A stretch of 64,000 bases of DNA, from the NCBI GenBank assembly GCA_964016885.1, contig OZ024740.1, forward strand, positions 199,330,001-199,394,000, read 5' to 3'. The notes under the pieces were generated by a model. It saw nothing but the letters and a program-made list of their open reading frames with translations, was not told the DNA's origin and searched no databases. Source of the stretch: Eledone cirrhosa. Its lineage: Eukaryota. Each line of letters starts with the position of its first letter. Within the stretch, counting starts at the first letter, position 1. This document shows, piece by piece, positions 29,963 through 43,505 of the stretch. A program made the position numbers and the translations under genes.

Positions 29963-31049
29963 CATATATCTGCGAAATATTAACTTTGGCAAGAATGAAA
30001 AACACATACCAGACTGGAGATTCATTTAATCTTTATTGGAGCCGAAATCGTTGCGCGTTACTCTGCGATTACACCAGTGAATTCATATAGCCATCAGACA
30101 AAACTACATTTTCAGAGGCGGAGGACAGTATATATAGAACAAAGCCTAGAAGGGGGGGGGAATAGGTGGAGCAATAGACAAGGTAGAGAAGAGCTGATTG
30201 TGGTAATAAACGAAAAAATGAAATATTCTCACATCGAACTTAACTGCTGGAGTCTTAGCAATAATTGCGTTAGAGAAGATTTCTTTTTCTGCAAAATAGC
30301 ATAATGCTGAAATGATTTTCTTTTGGCAGAAAACCCCCTATTCCTTTTAATATTATTATAATAGATGTTTTTATCACACCCAAGGTGCAGGTGGTTTTAT
30401 GTTGGTCATAGTTTAAAGTTCATAGTGTTATTTAAAATCTGAATGGAAATAACCAAATCTGTTCAGTAAAAAATATATTAAGTTTTCTGCGAATGAGAAA
30501 GGAAAGAGAAAACATAATAGAAATGCATGGTAGTTAAAGTTAGTGGTGGTAACAACAAGTAAGGGTGAGTTAGAAAATATATACATATTGATTTAATACT
30601 ATTGTAGCAATGGAAATATGGTGATAGCTACAAAAAAAATGAAGAAGATGGGGGATGTGATCATACACACACACACACAAACACGTGCGCGCGCACAGAC
30701 AGCTTTATATGTAGAGAGAGAAAGAGTGAGAAAAGGGGAAAAGAGTTATCCCTTGCTTCAAGCATTGTGAAATATTGTTATGTTTTGGAAGGCGGTGGAA
30801 TTTCATTGGCAGCAACTCTGGCCAGCCTCTCCCATAGATTAATATAATGGGTGGCAGTTAGCGTGCAACGATACAGCCACAAGATATGATGGATAGTTTT
30901 GATATATGCGGGTTTTACTCGAAAATCAGCAACACTCGACCAGCTGTGGCAAACTGGAAACTGAGATGGAATTATTGGTGACACTGTTAGCTCCCAACAA
31001 AACTATTATAACGCAGTGTTATAGCTCCGACGAAATAAGAAAGAACCGG

Positions 31050-32130
31050 CTATGCAGACATGCAATATACTTGTGGTCAAGTGTACATTCATTTGGACTA
31101 CTTGTTTCGACACAAGATGAGATCCGAGCCATTTATGTTAAAAGAAGAAACGGGCCTACTGTGTCTGGAAGTTACATAATGATACAGACCACCTCTACTT
31201 AAAATGTTAACAGGGATGCAGACGTATAACATCGATTCAAAGAATATTTAATGACACGTTATGTTCATTCGACAACAAGAGTAGAAGTGCATCTAAAACA
31301 TAATTCCTGAGTATACACGAACGGTAATTGCATAGCATTACCGATGAGAAGCTCTATCCTTATCAGCAATATGTCATGCATGGCTATATTATCAGGTAGC
31401 CTCAAACGAAGGGTAATATGAGTAACCAACGAAGTCGATCTTGAAGCATCAATCAGTATATTATCTCTCATTTTCAAGGATACACATTAGAAAAGCAGAA
31501 ACAGGAAAAAACATCGAAATACATATGCGCCTCAAAAAGATATAAGTGAACGCCAAACACCGATATGTGATAACAGATGCAAAGAATGTGGAATAATCAT
31601 AGATGATAACCCCCACATCAGAAGCAGTTGTTCAAAGATGTCATCACAATGATATTTAATGGTCAAAACACAATATAATGCATGCTGTGGAATGGATCAT
31701 ACTGAGTATAAAAGTATAAAAAGTTGAAGCTTTGTATATAGCGTATGCACACATATCATGATAGAAAACCGGTGGCATATTTCAATCAAACCCCCTATAA
31801 CATCTAACCATAACAGAATGAAAACAAAGATATGACTATCATTCTCTTTGGTGGAAATGAACTACCCAGCAGTTAATATAGTATTAATCATTAGCGAAAA
31901 CTGAATATTTATTCCTATCTAATGAGGAGCCTGAAAAATCTCGGCCCTGACTACAATTTTAGACTGTACCTATGATCATTAGGACTCTTGGATGTCTAAC
32001 TAGCTGCTTCAGAAGATATCTTGAGAAACTCTGCACAGATAGAGAAAGGCTTTGCTTAATAAGATAATTACAATTTTACTCTATTAATAAAAGTATGCAA
32101 AAATCTCCAGAAATGTAAGATGTAATAACT
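31050..32130 (+). mobile_element. Old degenerate R4/Dong-type LINE 3' fragment
   Basis: Remnants MHGY, DNRCKECG..HIRSSCSKMSS, VEMNYP, IKVCK, collinear with the 3' half of the element at 37841-41400. Confidence 0.6.
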
Positions 32131-32728
32131 GCATATTCTTTGATACAGACTAATAAACATATGTATATTGACAGCTATAACCCACATACAAATCCATACA
32201 TGCAATGACATCCATAACTGCGTGCGCGCACACACACCCACACAGATGAACACGCAGTCACACGCACACACACACACACACACATATTCCTATATAATTG
32301 CCTAGTTGATGTTTTCTAAATACCACTGAAACTTTGTCGTCTCTGTGCTAGACAGCGGCTCTCTAATAGTGAGCAATAAATAAAACAAAATAAAACCAGA
32401 ATATACACACATACATACATGCATACATACATAATGCATACAGACATACATAAATACATACATACATACATACATACATACATTTATATATACGTACATA
32501 CATTGATCACATATATGGTTAGAATATATACATAAATGTTCTTTCTTTCATCTCTGTCACGTTTGTAGACATGACTCTCAATCTCAATGAAAATATTCCT
32601 CATATTGACTGTTATATATTTCATCAGCTCTTTTAGAATTGGTTCTGGCATCACTCCATATGAAGAGAGGAAAACGTATTTAATATATTATCCGAGATTA
32701 AGTAATAAGGTGGTTTACTGGTTATAGT

Positions 32729-32799
<71 letters not shown>

Positions 32800-33017
32800 T
32801 CATATGAAATAATTGTTTCTACATTAGGCACAAGGCCGGAAATTACCCCGTGCATTACTGGTACTGTCTCATATTAAAGAATACAGCCAATTTTCCACAC
32901 AATACATTTAGTTAGCACCCCAAACGCTTAATTAGGAATATACTGACTTATTTCCTAATGTTTGTTGAGTGAGTTGGAATTTGGCCGGAGTATCGCTAAA
33001 AGCTTTCTCAGATAATG

Positions 33018-33062
<45 letters not shown>

Positions 33063-33134
33063 ATACTTTGGGAGGGTCATGTTGCCAATAAGAGAATGAT
33101 ATATATATATATATATATATATAAATATATGTAT

Positions 33135-33280
33135 TCTGGAGTCAGAAATAGCCGTCGAACGGCTTGAGCTCTGCCGTCGGGGTCATACTTGTTCCTATTA
33201 CCCACTCTACTACCCTAAGTATTGAGTACTTTGGTGCGTTATGGTCCAACTGGTTCCCTACTACTAATCCTTCGTTATAT
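33135..33280 (+). repeat. Dispersed repeat carrying a hammerhead 3' half (same family as 54582-54800)
   Basis: gtcgaa-cggc-ttgagctct-gccg-TC-gg followed by ~100 bp matching 54715-54800. Confidence 0.6.
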
Positions 33281-33322
33281 ATATATATAATATATATATT
33301 CCAAATTACACACCATGGACTA

Positions 33323-33378
<56 letters not shown>

Positions 33379-33471
33379 TATATAGTCCAGGGTGTGTAAT
33401 TTGGAGTTACTGTGTATTCCTTCGTTATATATATATATAATATATATATTCCAAATTACACACATGGACTA

Positions 33472-33527
<56 letters not shown>

Positions 33528-33772
33528 TATATATAGTCCAGGGTGTGTAATTTGGAGTTACTGTGTAGAGCAAGACAGAGTGTATTATGGGGAAATAAAA
33601 TAACATAGACGATCGGTTACTTCTTCATTTTGTTTATTGGTTGTTTAACTCGCGTTTCGCCACTGTTCAGCTCAAGTTTCGATCTGTATCGATCTGACCC
33701 GAAATATATAAAAACCAAACAATAAACGTAATGAAGGAGTAACCAATCGTCCCTGTTATCTTTCACTCTATA

Positions 33773-33883
<111 letters not shown>

Positions 33884-33940
33884 ATATATTTATATATACA
33901 TACAGAAAGAGAGGGAGAGAGAGAGAGATATAGAGAGAGG

Positions 33941-34074
<134 letters not shown>

Positions 34075-34250
34075 TGTAAAATCCGGCCCGCAGAACGAAA
34101 CGGTTTCGGCTTGTGTGTTCACCAGCACTCACCAGTTTCGAGGACTGTCGGCATATTAAAATCTCTATATCCATTCTGCATCTTCCCAATCGTTCAGTAC
34201 TACCTTGATTAGTTATCTCGTCGGTCTCACCAACGCAGACTATCCGTATG

Positions 34251-34311
<61 letters not shown>

Positions 34312-34484
34312 GACATATCTGTATACGCAAACATATCATAAGTTCGTGAGTCGAAATATATACTGTATGTCTAACAAATAAACATTTGAACAGCCTAGCT
34401 ATGAATATTGAAAGGGTAACAGTTAACACCCTCTAGCAGATACCAGCAGACGCAGCAGTATTTCACGCTCTGGCTATATATGCA

Positions 34485-34568
<84 letters not shown>

Positions 34569-34649
34569 TATGTATTTATATATATATATATATAAATACA
34601 TATATATATAAATACATATATCAAGCAAACTTACATACTCTCATATATA

Positions 34650-34718
<69 letters not shown>

Positions 34719-34772
34719 CTCTGATACCATCAACACAATAAACACAGAGCTGGCATATGTAAGAACTGACTA

Positions 34773-34828
34773 ACTGCCTGATGAGGTCATACCCATTCAA
34801 TGGCTATCATCGAAATATATATAGCAGT
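34773..34828 (+). ncRNA. Minimal type I hammerhead
   Basis: actgc-CTGATGA-ggtcatacccattcaatggctatcatc-GAAA-tatata-TA-gcagt. Confidence 0.75.
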
Positions 34829-34887
34829 AAATAAAGGATTATGAGTTCATGCAATTGACTTATGTTTCGTCACTATATATATATAGT

Positions 34888-35995
34888 GCTTAGATAGGGC
34901 TAGACATAAGATAGGAAAAACACCTCATGGTACGACAACCAGAGATACCAGAGTGTCATCTTTGTGGACGCTACCCCTGGAGGGAAATTAGCTAACCAGT
35001 GTAGAAAGGCCCTGAGAAAGACACACTTAAAAATAAAGGTGGTAGAAAAGAAAAGAATCACCATAAAATCCCTGATCAGCAAAACCTACCCTTTTAAGAA
35101 AACCCACTGTACCAATAGGAAAGGTATCATATGTAAGGTCAACCCCCGGATAAACTGTAAAACTAGAAACGTAGTCTATAGCATAAGATGTACAGAGGGT
35201 ACTTGCAGAAACATGACAACAACATACATAGGTGAGACAGCTCTTAGCATAGGTGAAAGAATAGACCAACACAGGGGGGAACTAAAAGGACGAAAAAACG
35301 GGTCAGTACTATACGAACATGCTAGACAACAACATGACGGTAACATAGACAACATAGAAATTAGAATAATATCTAAACATAGAAATGACCCAGCAGGTAG
35401 GCAAATCAGAGAGGTCAGTGAAATAGAAATTAGAAGACCAAGGCTAAACAGAAAGAATGAATGGAATAACAACAACACCCAAACAAACAACACTGACCTA
35501 AGAGAAGTATAAATAAGTAAATAAAATAAAATAAATAAATAAATAAATAAATACATACACAAGCACAATAACAACAAGCACATAAACACACACTAGTCAC
35601 CCATCACACAGCAAACAAAACACTATACACACACGCAAACGCATGCGCAAAGAAGACAAAATAAAATAAACAAACAAGCAAATAAATAAATACATATATA
35701 TACAGACTGAATAAAAATGGCGTAGACATACAATACAACAGGAGGAAAATATAGCACCACTGACGATGTTGCAGATGTGCAACGAAATATTTATGATAAA
35801 CTATATATATGTGTTTGTGCCTATATTGTATCTGTATTATTTTTGACCGCCGGTCAGTCAATGGCAACATTGAGGACCGAGTATATTAGATTACCGATAT
35901 AAAAGACACAGAAGCGAGAAGCGAAAACCAACGAAACAGTGAGTGTGTTCTGTTATTAATTCTGGCAATATTACACAAATATGACCCTCCCCAAG

Positions 35996-36000
<5 letters not shown>
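34888..36000 (+). mobile_element. Naiad-like PLE family A, 5'-truncated (GIY-YIG plus 3' UTR)
   Basis: ORF 34964-35512 NVVYSIRC..YIGETALSIGERIDQH..LNRKNEW; matches 51595-52712; ends atgaccctccccaagtataa(ta)n. Confidence 0.88.
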
Positions 36001-36069
<69 letters not shown>

Positions 36070-36076
<7 letters not shown>

Positions 36077-36783
36077 ATTAGTATATTTACCAACATATGC
36101 GTACAGATGTACACTAATGCTATCAAATACATAAGTTATGTCATAGTACCTAGGTGGTTCAATGCAGGAGGATGCAGAGCAATTATATGAAAGACGTAAA
36201 ATAAGAACATTTTAAAAATTAATAATTAACTTACTAAAATTTTCACTCCAACTAATTAGTTTCTGTAATGGAATAAAGATAGTTACGCAATGTAACCATC
36301 GAGAATTCATTACATCATCAGGGAGTCTATTCTCAGCTAAGTCTCCAGGCAATGCGCGGACACTAGGGACTCATATAAAAATAATAATAATTCGGTGGAT
36401 GGAACAGCTAGCGGGGACTGAATTCCAAAGCACTGAAAAAGTTCACTGTCTCTGGTCAAATGGCAGATTCTAAAGAATCAATCACGTGACACTGAGGCTA
36501 GTCGGAAGGAGTGGGGTGGTAAAATGACAAAAGCCTACTACCACTACAATGAGTTAGTAGTGGATTTGGCAGGTTTGCTCAACAAATAAATAATTTGGAG
36601 ATAAATATAGAGAATTAGTATATTTACCAACATATGCGTACAGATGTACACTAATGCTAGCAAATACATAAGTTATGTTATAGTACCTAGGTGGTTCAAT
36701 GCAGGAGGATGCAGAACAATTATATGAAAGACGTAAAATAAGAAAATTTTAAAAATTAAAAATTAACTTACTTACTAAAATGT

Positions 36784-36790
<7 letters not shown>
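36070..36790 (-). mobile_element. Small non-coding HHR element (retrozyme-like) with ~175-bp direct repeats
   Basis: 36070-36248 matches 36608-36788; an intact hammerhead lies at the inner edge of the left repeat. Confidence 0.7.
36245..36326 (-). ncRNA. Intact type I hammerhead
   Basis: actcc-CTGATGA-tgtaatg..gatggttac/gtaactatc..cattaca-GAAA-ctaattag-TT-ggagt. Confidence 0.85.
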
Positions 36791-36814
<24 letters not shown>

Positions 36815-36841
36815 GGAAAGAGATGTCGGGGGGGGGGGGGA

Positions 36842-37587
36842 TTAGAAATAGCACGGAAATTACTTTTAAGGATCTGACTTCTTTTCTCCCTCTTTGATTC
36901 GTCAACATGACATTTTTGAAAGAATGAGAGAAACAATTCTTTTCTAAAAAAAGGACTTTTATAATGTACATAAAATACATCAAATATACCCGGTTTCGAT
37001 GTATGAGTGTGAACCATCTTATCAAATGCTGAACATACAATTAAAAAGAAAAAAAAAAATTATAATTCTAAATTACGTGTTAATTACATGTCTCATTTAC
37101 CCCCCCCCCCCCCTTTAGTAATTGTCTCTAGCTTACATTATCCCCATTCACCACTCCCATCTGAACATTTGACCAATTCTTTAACACAATTGAGACTATT
37201 CCTAAAAATTATTTTGTCCTGTGAAAAAATACAACTACCAACACTACTACTACTACTACTACTATGACTATCCACCCTCTGTATGTATAAGGCTCCATTT
37301 TAGACCCAGTCTTCACAACAAGAAAGATGAACAGACCTTTTCAACTCTTAATTTAAAATTTGTTATACTTTCTAATTTCTTTTAATAGAGATATTCAAAA
37401 TTTGGTAAGATAGTTCACGCTGATACATCGAAACCGGTTATAGTTTATATATTTTATGTACATTATAAAACACCACTTTTAAAAAGAGAATTGCTCCTCT
37501 CATTTTTTCAATAATATCACTTTCACGAATCAAAGAAGAAAAAAAGTATATCAGATACTTATATATATTTTTCGTGCTATTTCCAAT
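36842..37587. repeat. Diverged ~200-bp inverted repeat, each arm with a decayed hammerhead
   Basis: 36842-37038 vs 37392-37587. Minus arm TTGATAA-gatg..catc-GAAA-ccgg; plus arm TTGGTAA-gata..catc-GAAA-ccgg-TT. Confidence 0.7.
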
Positions 37588-37634
37588 TCCACCATTTCCC
37601 TATAACCCCTGTTTTGTATAGAACCTTACTCTCT

Positions 37635-37709
<75 letters not shown>

Positions 37710-37810
37710 CGTATATACAAATTCACATACATACATACAAACATTCACAGAAACAGAAAGAACACGACTACCTACAAAGGTGTTGTGACATACATACATA
37801 CATACATACA

Positions 37811-37840
<30 letters not shown>

Positions 37841-37841
<1 letters not shown>

Positions 37842-39133
37842 GAAGCATACAAACAATATGAATCCCAAAAGTTCGGTTTTATGCAAAGGCTAAACACTTT
37901 ATGGAACCCCAAACACCCAGAATTAGACTATTCTCCAAAGCATTTAAATGGACAGGCAAAACGTATCATTAGATGTAAATTGATACATCTAACAGAATTG
38001 AGTGATACTACAAATACAGCACTTGTAGACAATCACCCCACCTCCACTGACAGACAAAGAGAATGGCCAGCTAAAGCTAACAGTGAACAGCTCACCAACA
38101 ATTTTGCTGAAATCCATCCCACTTCCACTGAAGAACAGCGAGAAAGGTCAGCTAACTCTAGTAGTAATTGTCACCACATCAACAACGAGGCTGAAATTCA
38201 TAACCCTACTGAACAAACAGAACACTAAAAGCTTGTGGACACCTTACAAGTGATATAGAACAATATGTTTCAAGAGATACACAGCCTTAATGAGAGTGAC
38301 AGACCATACAACACCAGAATCAGTAAAGAACCCACTAAATTGGAATTGGAAGCGGTGAACGAAATAGCTGGCAATTATCTGAAGGCTATACGATCTAAAG
38401 GTGTAGAGATGACATTTGAAACGCTTAATATTTTGTTATATGTTTCAGCTGTCACATTGCTATCATATAACACACATCTAAAACCACGCAATCAAGATAC
38501 AAACAGAAAGCCTGAACCAGCGTGGATGCGAAATTTAAAAAGCAAAATTTTGTCCCTGAGACGAAGTATCTCACACATCGCCGTCGTTATGAAATGCAAC
38601 ATAGAGAGCAACTTCACACGACACCAGGAAGACCTAAAAAAAAAGTTAGAGAGACGATTTGTAGATACAAAATTTAAAACTTTGAACTCCAAATTACACC
38701 AGTTGAAACAACAACTCACAGCTACAACAGAAATACTAAAATATAAGTCAACAAACAGAACATAAACGACAAGTGATAAATAGATTGTTTGCCAGAGATC
38801 CTAAATCAGTTTATCGCAGCTTCGGTGGCAAAAGCTCAATCCCTGTAAATGACACTCCTTCAAAAGAACAGGTTGAGAGCTACTGGAGATCTATATGGGA
38901 AACGGATGACGGATTCGACAGACAAACTAACTGGCTAAAAGAACTGGAACAGGACTACTGGCAACTTGTCCGGACAAAACAATATGACATAGATGGGTCA
39001 ATACTTGAAACAGCTCTACAGAAAATGTCGAATAGGAAATCACCAGGCCCAGAACACATAACAGGATACTGGTTGAAGAATTTCACCTTCTATCGGCAAG
39101 ATCTCATACGGCTGTTTACAGAAACCATTAAAG

Positions 39134-39224
<91 letters not shown>

Positions 39225-41400
39225 CTGCCCAGATGGTTATCAACTGCCACTACTATCCTCATTCCCCAAAATAGCCAAACCACCCTTGCTAAAAGTTACC
39301 ACCCAATAGCCTGCCAAAACATCATGTATAAATTATATACTGGGTGCCTTAACCTGTTCTTACAGGATCACTGTGCTACCAACAACATCATAACACCTGA
39401 GCAAGCTGGTGGAAAGAGGGAGGTGTGGGGTTGCATAGATCACCTACTAACTAACAACATGATTCAGGAAAAAACAACAAAGAATTGCAGAAACATGACT
39501 GTGGTGTGGCTGGACTATCAAAAAGCATTTGATAGTTTACCCCGTGGGTGGATTATTAAGGCTTTACAGTTAGCCAAAGTCCCACAACCATTGGTAGCTG
39601 CTGTTGAACGCCTGACCAAGAACTGGTACACCAATTTGATCCTTAGAGGTGAGAAGGAGAAGTTAAGACTGATAAGATACATTACCAGAAAGGCATCTTT
39701 CAGGGTGATAGCTTGTCAGTGATACTATTCGTTCTCTCACTGAATCCACTATCTTACCTACTCAGGAAACAAGATGGACAAAGAAGTGTGTCCAGAAGTA
39801 TCTCCCATCTTTTCTTTGTTGATGACCTAAAGTTGTATGGGCCAAATATCAATGACATCAAGAAACAATTGGACCTCATTACACAATTTTCAACCGACAT
39901 CAAAATGAAATTTGGTGAGTCCAAGTGTGCATATTTGGCAGTAAAACGTGGAAGAGCTGTGCCCTCCTCTAGAAATCTAGAGATGAACGGCCTGACAATA
40001 CAACCTCTACAGGACAAGATGAGAATGTCAGATATGATGGACCCATAAATAAGGAGAGAACCAGAACTGAATTCCTCAGAAGAGTAAAGAAAATATGGTC
40101 ATCAGAACTGTCTGCGTACAACAAATACATTGCCCACAATACTTATGCTGTGCCAATTCTAACGCCAACATTTGGCCTGCTGAACTGGTCATTGCAAGAA
40201 CTAAGTGAGATGGATGTTAGAACTCGCAAACTTCTCAGTGTTACTGGGAACTTTAACATCAATGGTGATGTGGATAGGCTATACTTCTCACGCAAGGAAG
40301 GTGGCCGGGGTCTAAAATCAATATTAACAACATATGAGACTCGGATAGTAACACTGAAGCAACACGTTCAACAGAGGAAAAAGGTTGGCAACCATCTTGC
40401 CCAGGTTTATGAGCATGAAAAAAAAAATATCATTAGAATAGCGACTGATCTGGAGGAGAGATATGGAATAAAGCCTTATATAAATCTCTCACCCAGAGAA
40501 ATCGGAAGATCCTATTCAATGTTCAAACAAGATAAAAAAATTGACCAATTTACAGAAAAAGGTGTGCATGGATACTTGAGACGTAAAACAACGACCATAG
40601 AGGGGATAAACCACTCAAAAGCCTGGCATGGAGTTCCGACAAGTTTATGACATCACACCTTGAGGGATATCTCTATGCAATACAGGAAGAAGAACTCCCT
40701 ACCAAATATCTGCTGCACAAAAGAGGAGGGCCAGCAGCTGACAATAAATGTAGGCTATGTAAAACAAAGATCGAGGATGTAAGCCACATTGTTGCCAGCT
40801 GCGAAAGGATGTCATCTCGCTACTACCTCCCCATGAGACACGATGGAATAGCTAGAACCATCTGGAACGCACTTCGGAAAACAAAATTAATAACAAACGA
40901 GGAAGAATATATTGAGACAGATGGCACTAAGGAATACTGGTGGAACCTGAAAATAAAAACTGCCACCAAATTAAAGCACAACCGGCCTGACATTGTTGTT
41001 CGGGACCACACATTGAAAACGTGTTCTGTTGTGGAGATCAGCTGCCCACTTGATGTAAACGTTGTCAGAAAAATACAGGAGAAGGAGGACATCTACGGAC
41101 CAATGATGAGGAGTTTACAAATCCAGTATCCAAGATACGCCTTTAGCATCATACCTATCATTATTGGAGCTACGGGTTATATACCAACCCGCTTGGACCA
41201 AAGTATGATTGAACTTGGATTTGCAGACAAAAAGCGCAGCTCCCTAATTCATAGTCTACAAATGGCTGCGATAGCTGGCACCTTCAAAATTTGCAAAACA
41301 TTTTTGCGATTCAAGGGATGACAATTTATTTCTTTTACAACCTTGCCACCAGGAAGGTGGCCGGTCAAAAAAATATACTCGAAATTAAGAGAAAGAGATA
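37841..41400 (+). mobile_element. R4/Dong-clade non-LTR retrotransposon (RT, CCHC, REL endonuclease), frameshifted, within (TACA)n
   Basis: KSPGPEHITGYWLK, WLDYQKAFDSL, GIFQGDSLS, HLFFVDDLK, DRLYFSRKEGGRGL, CRLCKTKIEDVSHIVASC, RHD, RPDIV..VEISCP, KTFL; (TACA)n on both flanks. Confidence 0.9.
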
Positions 41401-42223
41401 ACATACATACATACATACATACATACATACATACATACATACATACATACATACATACATACATACATACATAAAAAAAGTTTCTCTACTTTAATTTCTT
41501 TCTTACTTACGAAGTTCTAAAATCCAAAGCATTAAGACATTTATTTGTCTACTACATCAAGAGTTGAATATACATCATGAATAATCTATTTCATTTTTCG
41601 AACGGTTTTTTTCCTTCTTGACATTTCTCATATATTTAAACGATGATGTATGTCAAGCTCGTGGCTGTGGACTACGACAATGTTGTTAAGTTAGAAGTTG
41701 TTAGTTTGTATTAGTTATCAATAGTGAATGCTTTGGGATCTATAATTCTTCTTCAGGCTATTTCCTGCAAGTCTGACATTAAACATCCAACAGACGATGA
41801 TTCACTGGGTCTGCATATCCTTCGCTACAGGAATAGCTAACGTCATCTCTATAGGAGGGACAGGAGTAGGGACATCTTTCCCCACCCAGTTCCGGCGTTT
41901 CCACATGACATAAAACCTTATCTGGCAACAGTCATGGACAGATGTGGTGAAGCCATTGTAGCAGGATATTTTCAGACAAACTTTGGGAAGGTTCTGTCGG
42001 TGGACTGCTTCGTGGTCCTTGGTATTCAGCGGGTGGGGGCGTACGCAGTGACATATGACACAAGCCAAATCTATCTGCTTATAATGCTAGCAACAAACGC
42101 AACATTTCTTAGAACAGGGACACTGATGAAAGAAACAAGAACAACAATATCACTAACAAACCAAGCCATATAAGAGAGAAATGAGAAAGAATGAACAAAA
42201 CAAAACTTCGGATTCAGATTCAG

Positions 42224-42325
<102 letters not shown>

Positions 42326-43318
42326 AAAAAGGAATAAAGAAAAAAAAAAGAAAGAAAGAGAGAAAGAAAGAATAAAAGGTGAGAGCAAAGAAAAGAAACT
42401 GTTATCATATTGACCTGCCACACCACGGACCGTAGAGAGAAAACTGTTTAATAACTTGTATCAACCGGCTAGATTTCCTAGTGTGAATAACGAGGCGTGG
42501 GCGGACATTGATACAGTGCTTCTCACAGAACAATTACGATGACGAAACCGGGTGATATGGGCGCTGTTCCATTACAGACAATACCCTCACAGTATACAAT
42601 ATAAACTTAATATGCTAGAAACACCACAGAGTGTACGAGTTGACAACTGAAAAACTTCCGCATTGCTGCACACCCGAGTGCAGTATTCGACCCCAGGAAA
42701 GAATGTGGAAGAGCTATAATAACAAAAATACTTGCTGAACAGCATAACATGTTAAACCTCCAAAATGCGAAGGAGGATTGCATTAGGAAGTTTATACGTA
42801 TCCTAACCCATCGCAGATTATCTAATTTTATGGAAACACCTTTACACGTATTCCAGGCGGTAACAGTTTTACTATACCCTCTTAAGCAACAACAAAATGA
42901 TTCTATTTCACAGCTACGAGCCTGTATACAGTATTTTAATTAATTTATATTTTATTTGTCTAGATTTATTTCATCATTTCGCCATTTAATCCTAATATAT
43001 ACTAAATTTGGCTATCCACTTCCACTCCACATATACACACATCTATCTTTCCAGATTCTTCATCTAAACGAACAATGAAGTAAAAAACAGATACCGCTTG
43101 AAAACAATATATGTCTCGTTTTATTTTGTTTTCTTTCATCTCATTTCAATCCACTCTTCTTCACTCTCTTCTCTTCCCCTTGCCTCATGGCTCACTTGTT
43201 TTCTTGCTTACATACACTACCTTGAACCGCAGGTGAATTCAACGAATAGGAAACGAACTCAAAGACACCCCCAAAACACACACACGCACACGCACACACA
43301 CACACACGCACGCGCGCG

Positions 43319-43374
<56 letters not shown>

Positions 43375-43444
43375 ATAGAATTAGGATTTAGCTTCATGCA
43401 TAGCTGTATACAGATATGTATTGAAATTTCGTATTTCTTTCGAA

Positions 43445-43505
<61 letters not shown>

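Noticed and set aside
34098-34140. Minus-strand ctggtga...gccgaaaccgtttcg
   Set aside because: A6G core, poor stem II and no NUH; too degenerate to call.
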